Positions 46,062 through 55,197 of a stretch of DNA of 64,000 nt are shown in pieces; the stretch's first letter is position 1, and the number at the start of each line of letters is the position of its first letter. The translations under genes and the position numbers were made by a program. Location: positions 992,001 through 1,056,000 of the forward strand of contig CAVZZO010000001.1 of NCBI GenBank assembly GCA_963779755.1. Reading direction: 5' to 3'. Source of the stretch: an uncultured Gemmatimonadales bacterium (GTDB lineage Bacteria > Gemmatimonadota > Gemmatimonadetes > Gemmatimonadales > GWC2-71-9). The notes beneath the pieces are model-generated. The model searched no databases. It was given only the letters and a program-made list of their open reading frames with translations, and was not told the origin of the DNA.

Positions 46062-47686
46062 CTAGTCGCTTGCCGGCATTCCCGGTTTCCAGCGCCACAG
46101 GTAAAGCCGGATCGTTCCGCACCGTCCCTGGCACAGCTCCTCTCCCTCGGCCGACAGGGTGTCCAGCAGTTCAGGAGACAGGTTGTTGAAGGTGGCGTAC
46201 TTCTCCTCGAAGCCAACAACTACCCCCGGGGCGCCGGGGAAATGTGCCCGCAGGCTCGCCGGCGTGGTGAGCACGGGGACTCCGGCGTAGACGTCGGGGC
46301 TGCCCATCGGCTTGCGTTTGAACCCGCCTGGCGTGCCTTTGCCGGTGTCCGCTCGTTCCCAGCTTTCCAGCAGGGCACGCTGAACGGTGAAGTCGAGTTT
46401 GCCCCAGTAGAACAGGGCCGGGAGGGGAGAGGCGTTGCCCCAGGGGAGCGTGCGCAGTGTGGAGTCGTGCTGGAGGATGGCGCGGCTGGCGCGCCAGTCG
46501 GCAATGGGAGGTGCATGAACCTCTCGACGGGTGCGGTTGAATGCCGGCTGGGTGATCCACGCGGTGACTCCGACAATGCCGACCACTCCCGCAGCGAAAA
46601 GCGGCCGGAGCCGGGCCGCGTCACGCAGCCAGGCAAAGAGGGCCAGCGTGCTCCACGCGGCCGTGATGGCGGTCGCCAGCAGAAACGCGGGCACCGCGAG
46701 GAGGATGTAGCGCTCCGCTTTCCAGGGGAACACGAGGCTGTGCAGCAACACCGGAAGGCCGAACCACACGCCGAGGAACACTCCCAGGCGTGGTCGCCGG
46801 AGCAGCAGCAGCAGCCAGATCAGAGGAATGAGCGAGACGGCCAGGGGAAAATGCGCCGAGAGAATGCGATAGTACCCGGTGATGGGTCCCCCGCCGGGGG
46901 CGCTCAGTTCGGCCCAGAGCGGCACCGCGCCCGCCCGCCAGAAGAGGTAGCTCACCAGGCCGGGCCGGACCGCGACGACTGCAATTGCGGCGACCAGGCC
47001 CGCCGTGGCCGCCTGCAGAGGGGCGCTGCGCCGCCAGGCCTCGCCTCCGAGCCGGCGCCAGTCGGCGAGGCCGAACAGGGCGAGCAGGGCACAAAAACCC
47101 GCCGCGGTGCTCAGGGTGACGATCTGTTCGCGGGTCGCCAGGCCGAAGGCCACAGTTGTCGCGGCGAGCCAGGCCCATTGGCGGCCCAGGGCCGGACCTG
47201 GCGGGGCGGGAGGGGCCGGGGCCGGGTCGCGCAGCAGCCGCCACGCGGCGTAGAGCGCCACCAGGCCGAAGGTGAGCTGCAGGGTGTAGAACCGCGCGTA
47301 GCGGGAGAGGTGCACCGTTTCGGGATAGATCCCGCCGATGGCGGCGGCCCACACAGCGGCCCAGGGGCCCGCCATGGCGCCCGCGATGAGCGTAAGCAGC
47401 AGCAAATCGAGCGTGCCGAAGAGCGCGGCGGGCAGCCGGGCCGCCCGCTCGGGGGGGCTACCCGCCGCAGGGCCGCCGCCGCCATTCGGGAGTAATCGAG
47501 GCCCCGGTGATAGACCGTTCCGGACGGGAGTCGCGGCGTTCCCTGTTGCAGCACGCCGTGCGCGGCATAGTACTGAATCGCCTCGTCGGTGGCGAAGGGG
47601 GCGTGTCCCAGCGCGCCCAGCCGGAGCCAGCCGCCCCAGAGGAGGAACAGGGCCGTGAGCAGGACCGGCAGCCGGCGATGGTCCAT
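46062..47686 (-). pseudogene. GT-C fold (PMT/ArnT-like) membrane glycosyltransferase split by an apparent 1-nt deletion in G7 (47451-47457)
   Basis: N-terminal TM then DE motif (ATDEAI). One added base gives ...VAPPERAARLPAALFG..., joining ORF 46062-47405 (SRYARFY, ERY). Confidence 0.78.
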
Positions 47687-47720
47687 TACTGATGGTCCAT
47701 TACTGAGTGGTCTCCATTAC
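47677..47720. repeat. 14-bp tandem duplication GATGGTCCATTACT x2 plus a degenerate third copy at the GT-C start
   Basis: 47677-47690 equals 47691-47704; third copy GAGTGGTCTCCATTAC. Confidence 0.85.
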
Positions 47721-47831
47721 GCGGGAGCCCGGGTGGGGAGCCGCCGGAGGCAAGACGATAAGTTCGCCGACCTGGCCCAGGGCGACGGCTTGTACCCTCA
47801 CCACGATCAGGGTGATGGCCATGAGGACCAT
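47700..47831 (-). pseudogene. 43-aa ORF resembling the decayed C-terminus of a GtrB/ArnC-like GT2 glycosyltransferase
   Basis: (RP)MVLMAITLIVVRVQAVALGQVGELIV...RVMETTQ*; resembles the RP-hydrophobic-GxQxxxxGxxGE tail of polyprenol-P glycosyltransferases. Confidence 0.45.
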
Positions 47832-50512
47832 GGGGCGGGACAGCACCCGGCCGGTTGCCGCAGGGTGCGGTCACGTTGCCGGGTGACCCTCCAGGCGGCG
47901 GGTGCCCGCGCCAGCCCGGTGATGGGGGCCCAGAGCAGCGGCAGCGACAAGCGGTGCCGGCCGGACAGGCCCAGCAGTACCCGGCCCAGCAGCCAGGGGA
48001 GCCACCGCCCCAGGGCAAAGCGGATCACCGCGGCGCGCGGGGCATCGCCTTCGGACCAGCGCTTGAGCAGGTAGACGCCAAAGGCGCGCCCGTCATCGGC
48101 CAGCTGGTGCCGCAAGGCGGGGAGGTCACGCCGATGGCGGTGCCACACCAGGGCGCGGGGCTCGTAGCGCAGCAGCATGCCATGATGTACCAGCCGGTAG
48201 AACATATCGAGGTCTCCACCGCCGTGAGCCGGGGTACCGACATCCAGGGCCGTGTCGAACCCGCCCAGGGCCTGCAGGGCCGGCCGGCGGAACGCCATGT
48301 TGGCGCCGACACCGACCCGATAGATAGCGAGGTGGGCCGACGGGGACATGCAGGCGCGATGGAACAGGCGTGGCCGCAGGCCCTTGCCCATGCCGCCATA
48401 GACCTGTTCAAAGAGAACCTGCGCCCGGGTGTTCAGCTCCAGCGGGCCCACCAGGCCCGTCACGGCCATGACGCGCGGATCCCTGAAACCCGCTGCGATG
48501 CCCCGGAGCCAGTCCGGGTCGACCTGGACGTCGTCATCAGTAAAGGCGATGATCTCGTGGGAGGCCTCGCTGATGCCACGGTTCCGGGCCCAGTCGAGAC
48601 CGGCCCGCGGCTCCAGGATGTAGCGGACCGGAAATCTGGCGGCCACCTCGCGGCTGCGCCCGTCCGAGGGCGCATTGTCGATCACGATGAGTTCCACGCC
48701 GGAGTATCGCAGTCTGGCCAGGCTACGCAGGCAACTCTCCAGCTCGGCCGGCCGATTCCGGGTGCAGACCACGACGGAAATCGCGGGGAGCCGGCCCGAG
48801 CCGGATTCTTCAGCACCGGCCGCCGGACAGGGCTCCTCACTCGCCCCGGCCCCGGCTGCCAGCACCGCGCCCGCGCGTCCCGGAAGGGCGGCATCTTCGG
48901 CGCTGAGCGAGACCCAGGCGGCCGGCCGTCCCCGGGCGCGCACCAGGACACGCAGCGGGCCGCCGGTGGCGCCGGTGAGAAGCCCGGGCCCGGGCAATCC
49001 GGAATCCCAGACGGCCACATCGGCGGGTACGAGGCCGTTCCCGCCCTCTCCCTCCTCTCCCGGCGGGGGAAGGCCGGGCAGAACCTTCAGTGTCTCGTTC
49101 CAGGCGGAGGCCGGCGCATACCACTGGCCTTCCAGCGGAGTCTCCCGGGGGGCGGCGCGCCGGTTCACCGAGGGCGCCCACCAGGTCCGGGTGGGCAGGG
49201 TCAGCGTTTCGAACTCCAGGTATTGCGGCCCCGGCAGCGCGCCGGGTGCCGGGGGGTCCGGGCGGAGGAGTGCGTCCGGGGTGCCGCATTCCTGTCCGGC
49301 ACTCCAGGCCAGCCCCGCCAGCAATTCGTTCCCGAGGTCCAGCAGCCGCCCGTTCAGGTGTCTTCCCTCCAGTGGCTCGGTGCCTGGAATGGGGGGCAGG
49401 AGACCAATGGGCACCCGGCCGGCGCGAAGCCGGGCGCCGGCCGGGCGGTACCGTTCCAGCATGGCGCGGGCAGTCCCCAGGCCCGCCGCGAGGTCGAGGT
49501 CGAGCAGCGGCGCTAGGGGCGGCGCGGCGCTGAAGAAGCGGCGCAACTCTGCTTGCCGCCCGGTGTCTCCCAGCTCTTCGGCGGCACCGCGGCAGTACCA
49601 GTAACCGCGGAGCGCGCCGTAGGCCTTCTGGTACCGGCGGCGCAGGCGGAGCAGCTCCAGGAGGGGCAGGGCCCGCTGGAGCAGCCATGCCGCGCGATCG
49701 CCCCAGACCGGCCGGCGAAAGGTCAGCTCACGCAGGCTGGTTCTGGCCCGCCCCGGCGCCCGCCACCAGCGGGCCAGCGGCAGGCTGTTTCGAAGGTCCG
49801 GATGCAGCGTTCCCAGCAAAACGTCGCCCCGCCCCTCGTCTCGTGCCCGCGCCAGCGAGCGCGACAGGGCGGTTGCGTCGTGATGGAAGCCCCGCGCGCC
49901 GGGCACGAACCGGAAGGGTGTCCCGCGCGCGATCAGGCGGGCCCCCAGCTCATGGTCTTCACCCGCGCGCTGATGGAATCCGGGGTGGAAGCCCCCGATC
50001 GCTTCGAACAACTCGCGCGAGAGACAGAAATTGCCCGAATGCAGGTCACGATAGCCGAACCGGTGGTCGCTCCGCCGCACCCGGATGGTGTGATCGTTCC
50101 ACCACTGCCGGAGCGCGCGGTGGAACAGCGACGCTCCGGCGATAGCCGCGGGAGTATCGCCGAGCAGCACCGCATCGGGCGCTTCGCGATGCGCGGCTTC
50201 GTAGGCCGCGAGGAGCCCGGGCTCAGGCTCGATATCATCATCCAGAAACACCAGGAGCGGGGCAGCCGCGCGGCGGGCCCCGGCGTTCCGGGCGCTGCCT
50301 GCGCCCTGGCAGTCCTGCTGCAGCACGACCATGGGGAACGGGGTCGAGGCCTCGCGGATCCGGTCCACGGTGGCCGGACCGCACCCGTCCGCGACCACGA
50401 CGGCCTCGAATGCCGCGCACCCCACGGTCTGCCGTGCCAGCGCCGCCAGCGTGCGGCAGACCGCTTCCGGCCTCTCGTGGCTCGGGATGATGACGCTGAG
50501 ACGGAGCGTCAT
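47807..50512 (-). CDS. Two-domain GT2 glycosyltransferase (901 aa)
   Basis: Two GT-A domains (SVIIPSHER...ARN...FLDDD...GED; SVVVCTRNR...ARN...FTDDD...GGGD); ATGA coupling to the upstream GT. Confidence 0.88.
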   Translation of the reverse strand: MTLRLSVIIPSHERPEAVCRTLAALARQTVGCAAFEAVVVADGCGPATVDRIREASTPFPMVVLQQDCQGAGSARNAGARRAAAPLLVFLDDDIEPEPGLLAAYEAAHREAPDAVLLGDTPAAIAGASLFHRALRQWWNDHTIRVRRSDHRFGYRDLHSGNFCLSRELFEAIGGFHPGFHQRAGEDHELGARLIARGTPFRFVPGARGFHHDATALSRSLARARDEGRGDVLLGTLHPDLRNSLPLARWWRAPGRARTSLRELTFRRPVWGDRAAWLLQRALPLLELLRLRRRYQKAYGALRGYWYCRGAAEELGDTGRQAELRRFFSAAPPLAPLLDLDLAAGLGTARAMLERYRPAGARLRAGRVPIGLLPPIPGTEPLEGRHLNGRLLDLGNELLAGLAWSAGQECGTPDALLRPDPPAPGALPGPQYLEFETLTLPTRTWWAPSVNRRAAPRETPLEGQWYAPASAWNETLKVLPGLPPPGEEGEGGNGLVPADVAVWDSGLPGPGLLTGATGGPLRVLVRARGRPAAWVSLSAEDAALPGRAGAVLAAGAGASEEPCPAAGAEESGSGRLPAISVVVCTRNRPAELESCLRSLARLRYSGVELIVIDNAPSDGRSREVAARFPVRYILEPRAGLDWARNRGISEASHEIIAFTDDDVQVDPDWLRGIAAGFRDPRVMAVTGLVGPLELNTRAQVLFEQVYGGMGKGLRPRLFHRACMSPSAHLAIYRVGVGANMAFRRPALQALGGFDTALDVGTPAHGGGDLDMFYRLVHHGMLLRYEPRALVWHRHRRDLPALRHQLADDGRAFGVYLLKRWSEGDAPRAAVIRFALGRWLPWLLGRVLLGLSGRHRLSLPLLWAPITGLARAPAAWRVTRQRDRTLRQPAGCCPAPWSSWPSP

Positions 50513-51690
50513 GGCGTGGCGGGCCGGCGCAAGCGCGAGCGCAGGTAGCCCCAGGGCCCCAGTGCACAACCCCAGAGCTCCAGCAGCAACAGGGAGAGGC
50601 TGCGGTGGCCGGGCCGCCGGAAGAGGGCTCGCACCAGCTGGGGACCCTGGTCCCAGCGGAACCAGCGCCAGGCCGCGAGCAGGGTGCTGGGGTCGCGTTC
50701 CATTACCAGGGAGCGGGTCCAGGCGGCGTACACGCCGGTGCCGTAGCCCTGCAGCGTGGCGCGGAGATCCCGCCAGTCCCGCCGGTGGCGATGCCGGACC
50801 AGGGCTGCCGGATCGTAGACGATGCGGTAGCCGTGCGTCAGGATGCGGGCGAACAGCTCGTGATCGCCGCCGGAGCGGGTGGGCGTGCCGGCGTCGAGGG
50901 CCGGGTCGAACCCTCCCAGCAGCGGCAGCACGCTCTTCCGGAGGGAGAGGTTGACCCCCGCGCCCATGGGCCCGCCCTGGTGGGGGAAGTGGCTGGTGCT
51001 GTCGAAAGTGCGCCGCACAAATCCCCGCCCGAAGGGACATTCCCGCTCGAACCGCTCCTGTGCCGGGGTCTCGAGCTCCAGCGGCATGGTCAGGCCCGTT
51101 ACGCAGAGCACCAGCGGGTCCGCGAAGTTCCGCGCGAGGGCCCGGAGCCAGCCGGGATCGGGGCGCGCGTCGTCATCGGTGAACGCGATAATCTCTCCCC
51201 CCGCCTCCTGCAGGGCCCGGTTGCGAGCCACATCGAGGCCGGGGCGGGGCTCTTCGACGTACCGTACACCGGGAAAGTCGGCCAGCACCCTTCGGGTGGC
51301 GTCCCCCGCCGGGGCATTATCCACGACAAGTACCTCCTGCCCGTCGTCGGGGAGGGCGGCCACGGCGGTGAGGCAGGCGCGCAGGTCTTCGGGCCGGTCG
51401 CGGGTACAGATGGCGACGGTGCAGCGGGGCAGGGGTTGTGGCGGCAGTCCGTCGTGCGTCAGCGCCAGGGCCTGGCGCAGCCAGGCGTCCCGGAGCGCCG
51501 GGCCGCCGGCCTTCGCCAGCTGAGCCCGAAGATCGGCCGCCAGCAACCTGCCGTCCACCACCGGCAGTCGTGCCACCCCGACCGGCTGCCCGGCGAACCG
51601 CACCAGAATGTGCGCGCTATCGGACCCCGCCGGAACGACGGGTTCGGCCAGGGGGCCGGCCAGATCGAGATCTAGAATCGCGCTCGGCAT
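50509..51690 (-). CDS. GT2 glycosyltransferase
   Basis: CTRDRP, VDNAP, GLDVARNRAL, FTDDD, GGDHE, HRHRRD. Confidence 0.92.
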   Translation of the reverse strand: MPSAILDLDLAGPLAEPVVPAGSDSAHILVRFAGQPVGVARLPVVDGRLLAADLRAQLAKAGGPALRDAWLRQALALTHDGLPPQPLPRCTVAICTRDRPEDLRACLTAVAALPDDGQEVLVVDNAPAGDATRRVLADFPGVRYVEEPRPGLDVARNRALQEAGGEIIAFTDDDARPDPGWLRALARNFADPLVLCVTGLTMPLELETPAQERFERECPFGRGFVRRTFDSTSHFPHQGGPMGAGVNLSLRKSVLPLLGGFDPALDAGTPTRSGGDHELFARILTHGYRIVYDPAALVRHRHRRDWRDLRATLQGYGTGVYAAWTRSLVMERDPSTLLAAWRWFRWDQGPQLVRALFRRPGHRSLSLLLLELWGCALGPWGYLRSRLRRPATP

Positions 51691-51694
51691 CGGC

Positions 51695-52480
51695 TCACGC
51701 CGCCCCGGGGCTCACCGTGAGGGACGCGGCGTGGCGGTAGCGCTCGACCACCTCGCCGATGGGGCCGTGGGCGTGGACCCGGCCCTGTTCCAGCCAGGCG
51801 CCGCGGGTGCAGAGGTCCTGCACCGTCGCCAGATCGTGCGTAACCACCACCAGGGTGCCGCCGCCAGCCCGGAAGGCATGGAGCCGTTCCAGGCAGCGCT
51901 CGCGGAAGTTCTGGTCGCCCACCGCCAGGACTTCGTCCAGCAGAAGGATGTCCGGAGCGACCGAGACGGCGACCGAAAACGCGAGGCGCGCCTGCATGCC
52001 GGAGGAGTAGTACTTCACCGGCTCGTCGATGAAGTCCCCCAGCTCCGCGAAAGCGACGATTTCCGGAAGCCGCGTGCGGATTTCCGGCCGGCCGAGTCCC
52101 ATGACGGCGGCGTAGATCGACGCGTTCTCCCGCCCGGTCAGCTCGGGGTTGAAGCCCACCCCCAGCTCGATGACCGCCGCGATCCGGCCGCAGGTGGTCA
52201 CCACTCCTTCGGTCGGGGGGTAGATGCCTGCGATGAGCCGGAGGGCGGTGCTCTTGCCCGAGCCGTTGGGACCGATGAGCGCCACGGATTCTCCCCGCGC
52301 GATGCGGAGGTTGAGGCCGGACAGGGTGAACGTGGCCTGGCGCACGTGGATGGGCCGTCGCAGCACGGAGCGGATGAAGAATTCCCGCAGAGACGTGGTC
52401 CGGTGCTCGTAGTGATAGAACCGCTTCACCACGTTGCGGCACTCCACCGCCGGGGCGGAACGCTCAGGCGATTTCGGCAA
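51695..52480 (-). CDS. wzt: Polysaccharide ABC exporter ATP-binding subunit (no C-terminal CBM)
   Basis: GPNGSGKS, YSSGMQARLAF, DEVLAVGD; 261 aa. Confidence 0.93.
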   Translation of the reverse strand: MPKSPERSAPAVECRNVVKRFYHYEHRTTSLREFFIRSVLRRPIHVRQATFTLSGLNLRIARGESVALIGPNGSGKSTALRLIAGIYPPTEGVVTTCGRIAAVIELGVGFNPELTGRENASIYAAVMGLGRPEIRTRLPEIVAFAELGDFIDEPVKYYSSGMQARLAFSVAVSVAPDILLLDEVLAVGDQNFRERCLERLHAFRAGGGTLVVVTHDLATVQDLCTRGAWLEQGRVHAHGPIGEVVERYRHAASLTVSPGAA

Positions 52481-53285
52481 AGAGCACCTTGTAGCGGTTG
52501 AACACCAGGTAGCCCAGGACGAACAGGATCAGCGTCGTGGCGGCGGTCTCCGCCACCAGTCCTGCGGCCGGCCAGTGGCCCTGATACAGCACGGTGTGGA
52601 AGCAGCTGAGCAGCCCGGCGATCGGATTCAGCAGGTAGAGGCCGCGGAACCGCTCAGGAACCAGCGAGGCGGCGTAGAAGACCGGAGAGACGTAGAACAG
52701 CATCAGCAGCACGATGGGCAACGCGTGCTGGACGTCGTCATAGAAGACGGCCAGGGTGGCCAGCGGCATCATGAACGCCGCTGCCAGCACGATCATGATC
52801 AGCAACAGGAGCGGCAGCAGCAGGAACGATGCGGGGATGCCGTGGTGGTGGAACAGCACCAGCAGGCCCACCGCCACTGCCATTTCAACGGCAAACTCCA
52901 CCAGCCGGCCCGCCGCCGCGGCGAGGATCAGCACTTCACTGGGAAAGGCCACGCTCCGGCGGAGCGCGGCATGCTCCCGCACCACATAGGCGCTCGCGCT
53001 CAGCATCTGCAGCAGGTAGTTCCAGACAAAATACCCGCTCAGCAGGAAGGCCCAGTAGTCGGGAATGCGGATCTTCACGATGTAATGGAAGACCAGGATC
53101 AGCACCGCCACCGTCAGCAGGGGATTGAGCAGCGTCCACACGAACCCCAGAACGCTGCGCTGGTACTTCACCTTCAGATGGCGGACCACCAGGCTGCGCA
53201 TCAGCTCGCGGTAGCGCCACAGCTCCGCCGCCAACGGTCGCCGCCGGGCGCTGGAGGCGCCGGTACGGGCAACGATGCTGGTCAT
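52464..53285 (-). CDS. wzm: Polysaccharide ABC exporter permease
   Basis: KVKYQRSVLGFVWTLLNPL, FYDDV, SPVFY, LNPI. Confidence 0.93.
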   Translation of the reverse strand: MTSIVARTGASSARRRPLAAELWRYRELMRSLVVRHLKVKYQRSVLGFVWTLLNPLLTVAVLILVFHYIVKIRIPDYWAFLLSGYFVWNYLLQMLSASAYVVREHAALRRSVAFPSEVLILAAAAGRLVEFAVEMAVAVGLLVLFHHHGIPASFLLLPLLLLIMIVLAAAFMMPLATLAVFYDDVQHALPIVLLMLFYVSPVFYAASLVPERFRGLYLLNPIAGLLSCFHTVLYQGHWPAAGLVAETAATTLILFVLGYLVFNRYKVLFAEIA

Positions 53286-54256
53286 GAGGCGCGGCTCCGG
53301 CGGCGCGCCGCCTCGCGCCGTGCCGCCGGATAGGCAAAGAGGCCCACCCAGCAGGCGCCCCATACCCGCCAGAGCAGCCGTGCGGGGAGCGGATCGTGCC
53401 CCCGGGCGCGGCGAAGCAGGCGGGCCCCGGGTTTGAGCAGGCGCCAGGCGAGAAAGCCCGCGACGGGCGGCCCCGAGCTGAGCGCATGTTTGCTGAGCCA
53501 GGCGACCAGCGCCCGCTGGTGGCCGGCGATCTGGGCGCTCGCCGCGGCCAGATCGCAGCGGTGCCGGTGCACCGCGCGAACCGCGGGATCGTAGCGGACC
53601 TGGTGCCCCGCCCGCAGGACCCGCCAGAGCAGGTCGTGATCACCGCCGCCGGGGAGGCGGGCGCCCAGATCCAGCGCTTCATCGAAGCCGCCCAGGTCCA
53701 GCGCCACCGACCGGCGCACCGCCATGCTGCAGCCGCTGCCGACGCTTACCGCCCACGCGATCAGGGGGGCGCGGCGGCCATGGAGCCGCCGCCGGGAAGC
53801 ATCGGCGGGAAGCAGAATGCTTTCTTCGCCCCGGTCGAACCCGCCGTTCGCCTCGAACAGCCGCTGCGCGTCGGTCTCCAGCTCCAGCGTCTGGATCCGG
53901 CCGGTCACCAGCGCCACGCCGGGAGCCGACGCGAACGCGGCCGCGAGATGCGCGCCCCAGTCGGGCGTGGCGAGCGCATCGTCGTCGAGAAACGCGACGA
54001 TGTCGCCGCGGGCCGCGGCGAGCGCGCGGTTGCGGGCGAAATCCAGGCCGGGCGCCGGCTCGAGCAGGTAACGCGCGCCGGGGAACTCGGTCTCGACCAG
54101 ACGGCGCGTCCGGTCGTCGGCGGGCGCGTTATCCACCACCAGGATTTCGCGCAGCGGCGGCTGCTGCGCCGCCAGCGAGCGCAGCGCCTCCCGCAGCAGG
54201 GCGGGGCGATCGCGGGTGCAGACCGCGGCGCTGAGGCTTCCAGGCGTCAGCGCCAC
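53282..54256 (-). CDS. GT2 glycosyltransferase
   Basis: CTRDRP, VDNAP, GLDFARNRAL, FLDDD, GGGDHD. Confidence 0.9.
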   Translation of the reverse strand: MALTPGSLSAAVCTRDRPALLREALRSLAAQQPPLREILVVDNAPADDRTRRLVETEFPGARYLLEPAPGLDFARNRALAAARGDIVAFLDDDALATPDWGAHLAAAFASAPGVALVTGRIQTLELETDAQRLFEANGGFDRGEESILLPADASRRRLHGRRAPLIAWAVSVGSGCSMAVRRSVALDLGGFDEALDLGARLPGGGDHDLLWRVLRAGHQVRYDPAVRAVHRHRCDLAAASAQIAGHQRALVAWLSKHALSSGPPVAGFLAWRLLKPGARLLRRARGHDPLPARLLWRVWGACWVGLFAYPAARREAARRRSRAS

Positions 54257-55197
54257 AGCGGCCTCAATCCCGTGGGCGAGCGGTCCTGCCCGCCGCCGAG
54301 CCAGCGGCCCCCGCCGACCATGAACCCGACGGCCCAGGCCAGGCGCGCCGCCAGAATAGCGGGAGCGCAGACCAACGCGTCCCAGCGCCGGGCCCGGATC
54401 CAGGCGCCGGTCACATAGATCGCTTCGATGCCCGCGCGCGGGAGGGCCAGGCAGAGGGCCAGGCGGGGATGGCGGTAGAGCCAGGGCAGGCGGACGGCGG
54501 GAGCATTCGCCTTGCTCTCCAGCGCGCTGTAGCCCCAGCGATAGGCCCGTCGCAGCAGGTTGCCCCATCCCGGCCGGTTGCGATGCTCCACCGTAGCTTC
54601 GGGGACGAACCGGATTGTCTGGCCCGCGCGCCGGGCGGCGTATTGCCAGGCAAGCTCCTCGTGTCCGTCCGCGGCGGGATGGATCTCGGCAAAGCCGCCG
54701 CTGGCCCCGAAGACATCACGGCGCACGCTGAGGTTGGCGGGCGGGTGGTTGGCGACGCTGCCGGACGGTCTGCCGGGGTGGACGTGATAGGCGCTGGACA
54801 GGTAATCGCAGCGTGCGCTCAGCGGGGCGGAAGGGGGAAGCGCCAGCGAACCGCCCACCAGCGCCGCGCCGTGGGCGTGGGCCGCCAGGATAGCCTCCAG
54901 CCATCCCGTGCGGGGACGGCAATCCGCGTCCAGAAAGATCAGGGGATCGCCCACGGCCAGCTCGGCTCCGCGGTTGCGGGCTGCCCCCGGGTTGCCCGGC
55001 CCTTCGAGTCGCAGAACCCGGGCTCCGGCCGCCGCCGCGCCGGCGCCGGTCGCGTCGGTCGAGCCGTCATCCACCACGATCACCTCGACCGGCACGGAGC
55101 GGGCAGCGGCCCGCACCGCGCGGACCGTCGCCGCGATGGTCGCGGCCTCGTTCCGCGCCGGAATGATCACCGAGACCAACAACGGCTCAGCCGGCAT
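54247..55197 (-). CDS. GT2 glycosyltransferase
   Basis: SVIIPARNE, VDDGSTD, ARNRG, FLDAD. Confidence 0.9.
   Translation of the reverse strand: MPAEPLLVSVIIPARNEAATIAATVRAVRAAARSVPVEVIVVDDGSTDATGAGAAAAGARVLRLEGPGNPGAARNRGAELAVGDPLIFLDADCRPRTGWLEAILAAHAHGAALVGGSLALPPSAPLSARCDYLSSAYHVHPGRPSGSVANHPPANLSVRRDVFGASGGFAEIHPAADGHEELAWQYAARRAGQTIRFVPEATVEHRNRPGWGNLLRRAYRWGYSALESKANAPAVRLPWLYRHPRLALCLALPRAGIEAIYVTGAWIRARRWDALVCAPAILAARLAWAVGFMVGGGRWLGGGQDRSPTGLRPLWR

Noticed and set aside
50513..51040. N-terminal extension of the 1077-aa ORF 47807-51040
   Set aside because: Overlaps the upstream GT2 in another frame and is Arg/Pro-rich. The ATGA-coupled start at 50512 is more plausible.
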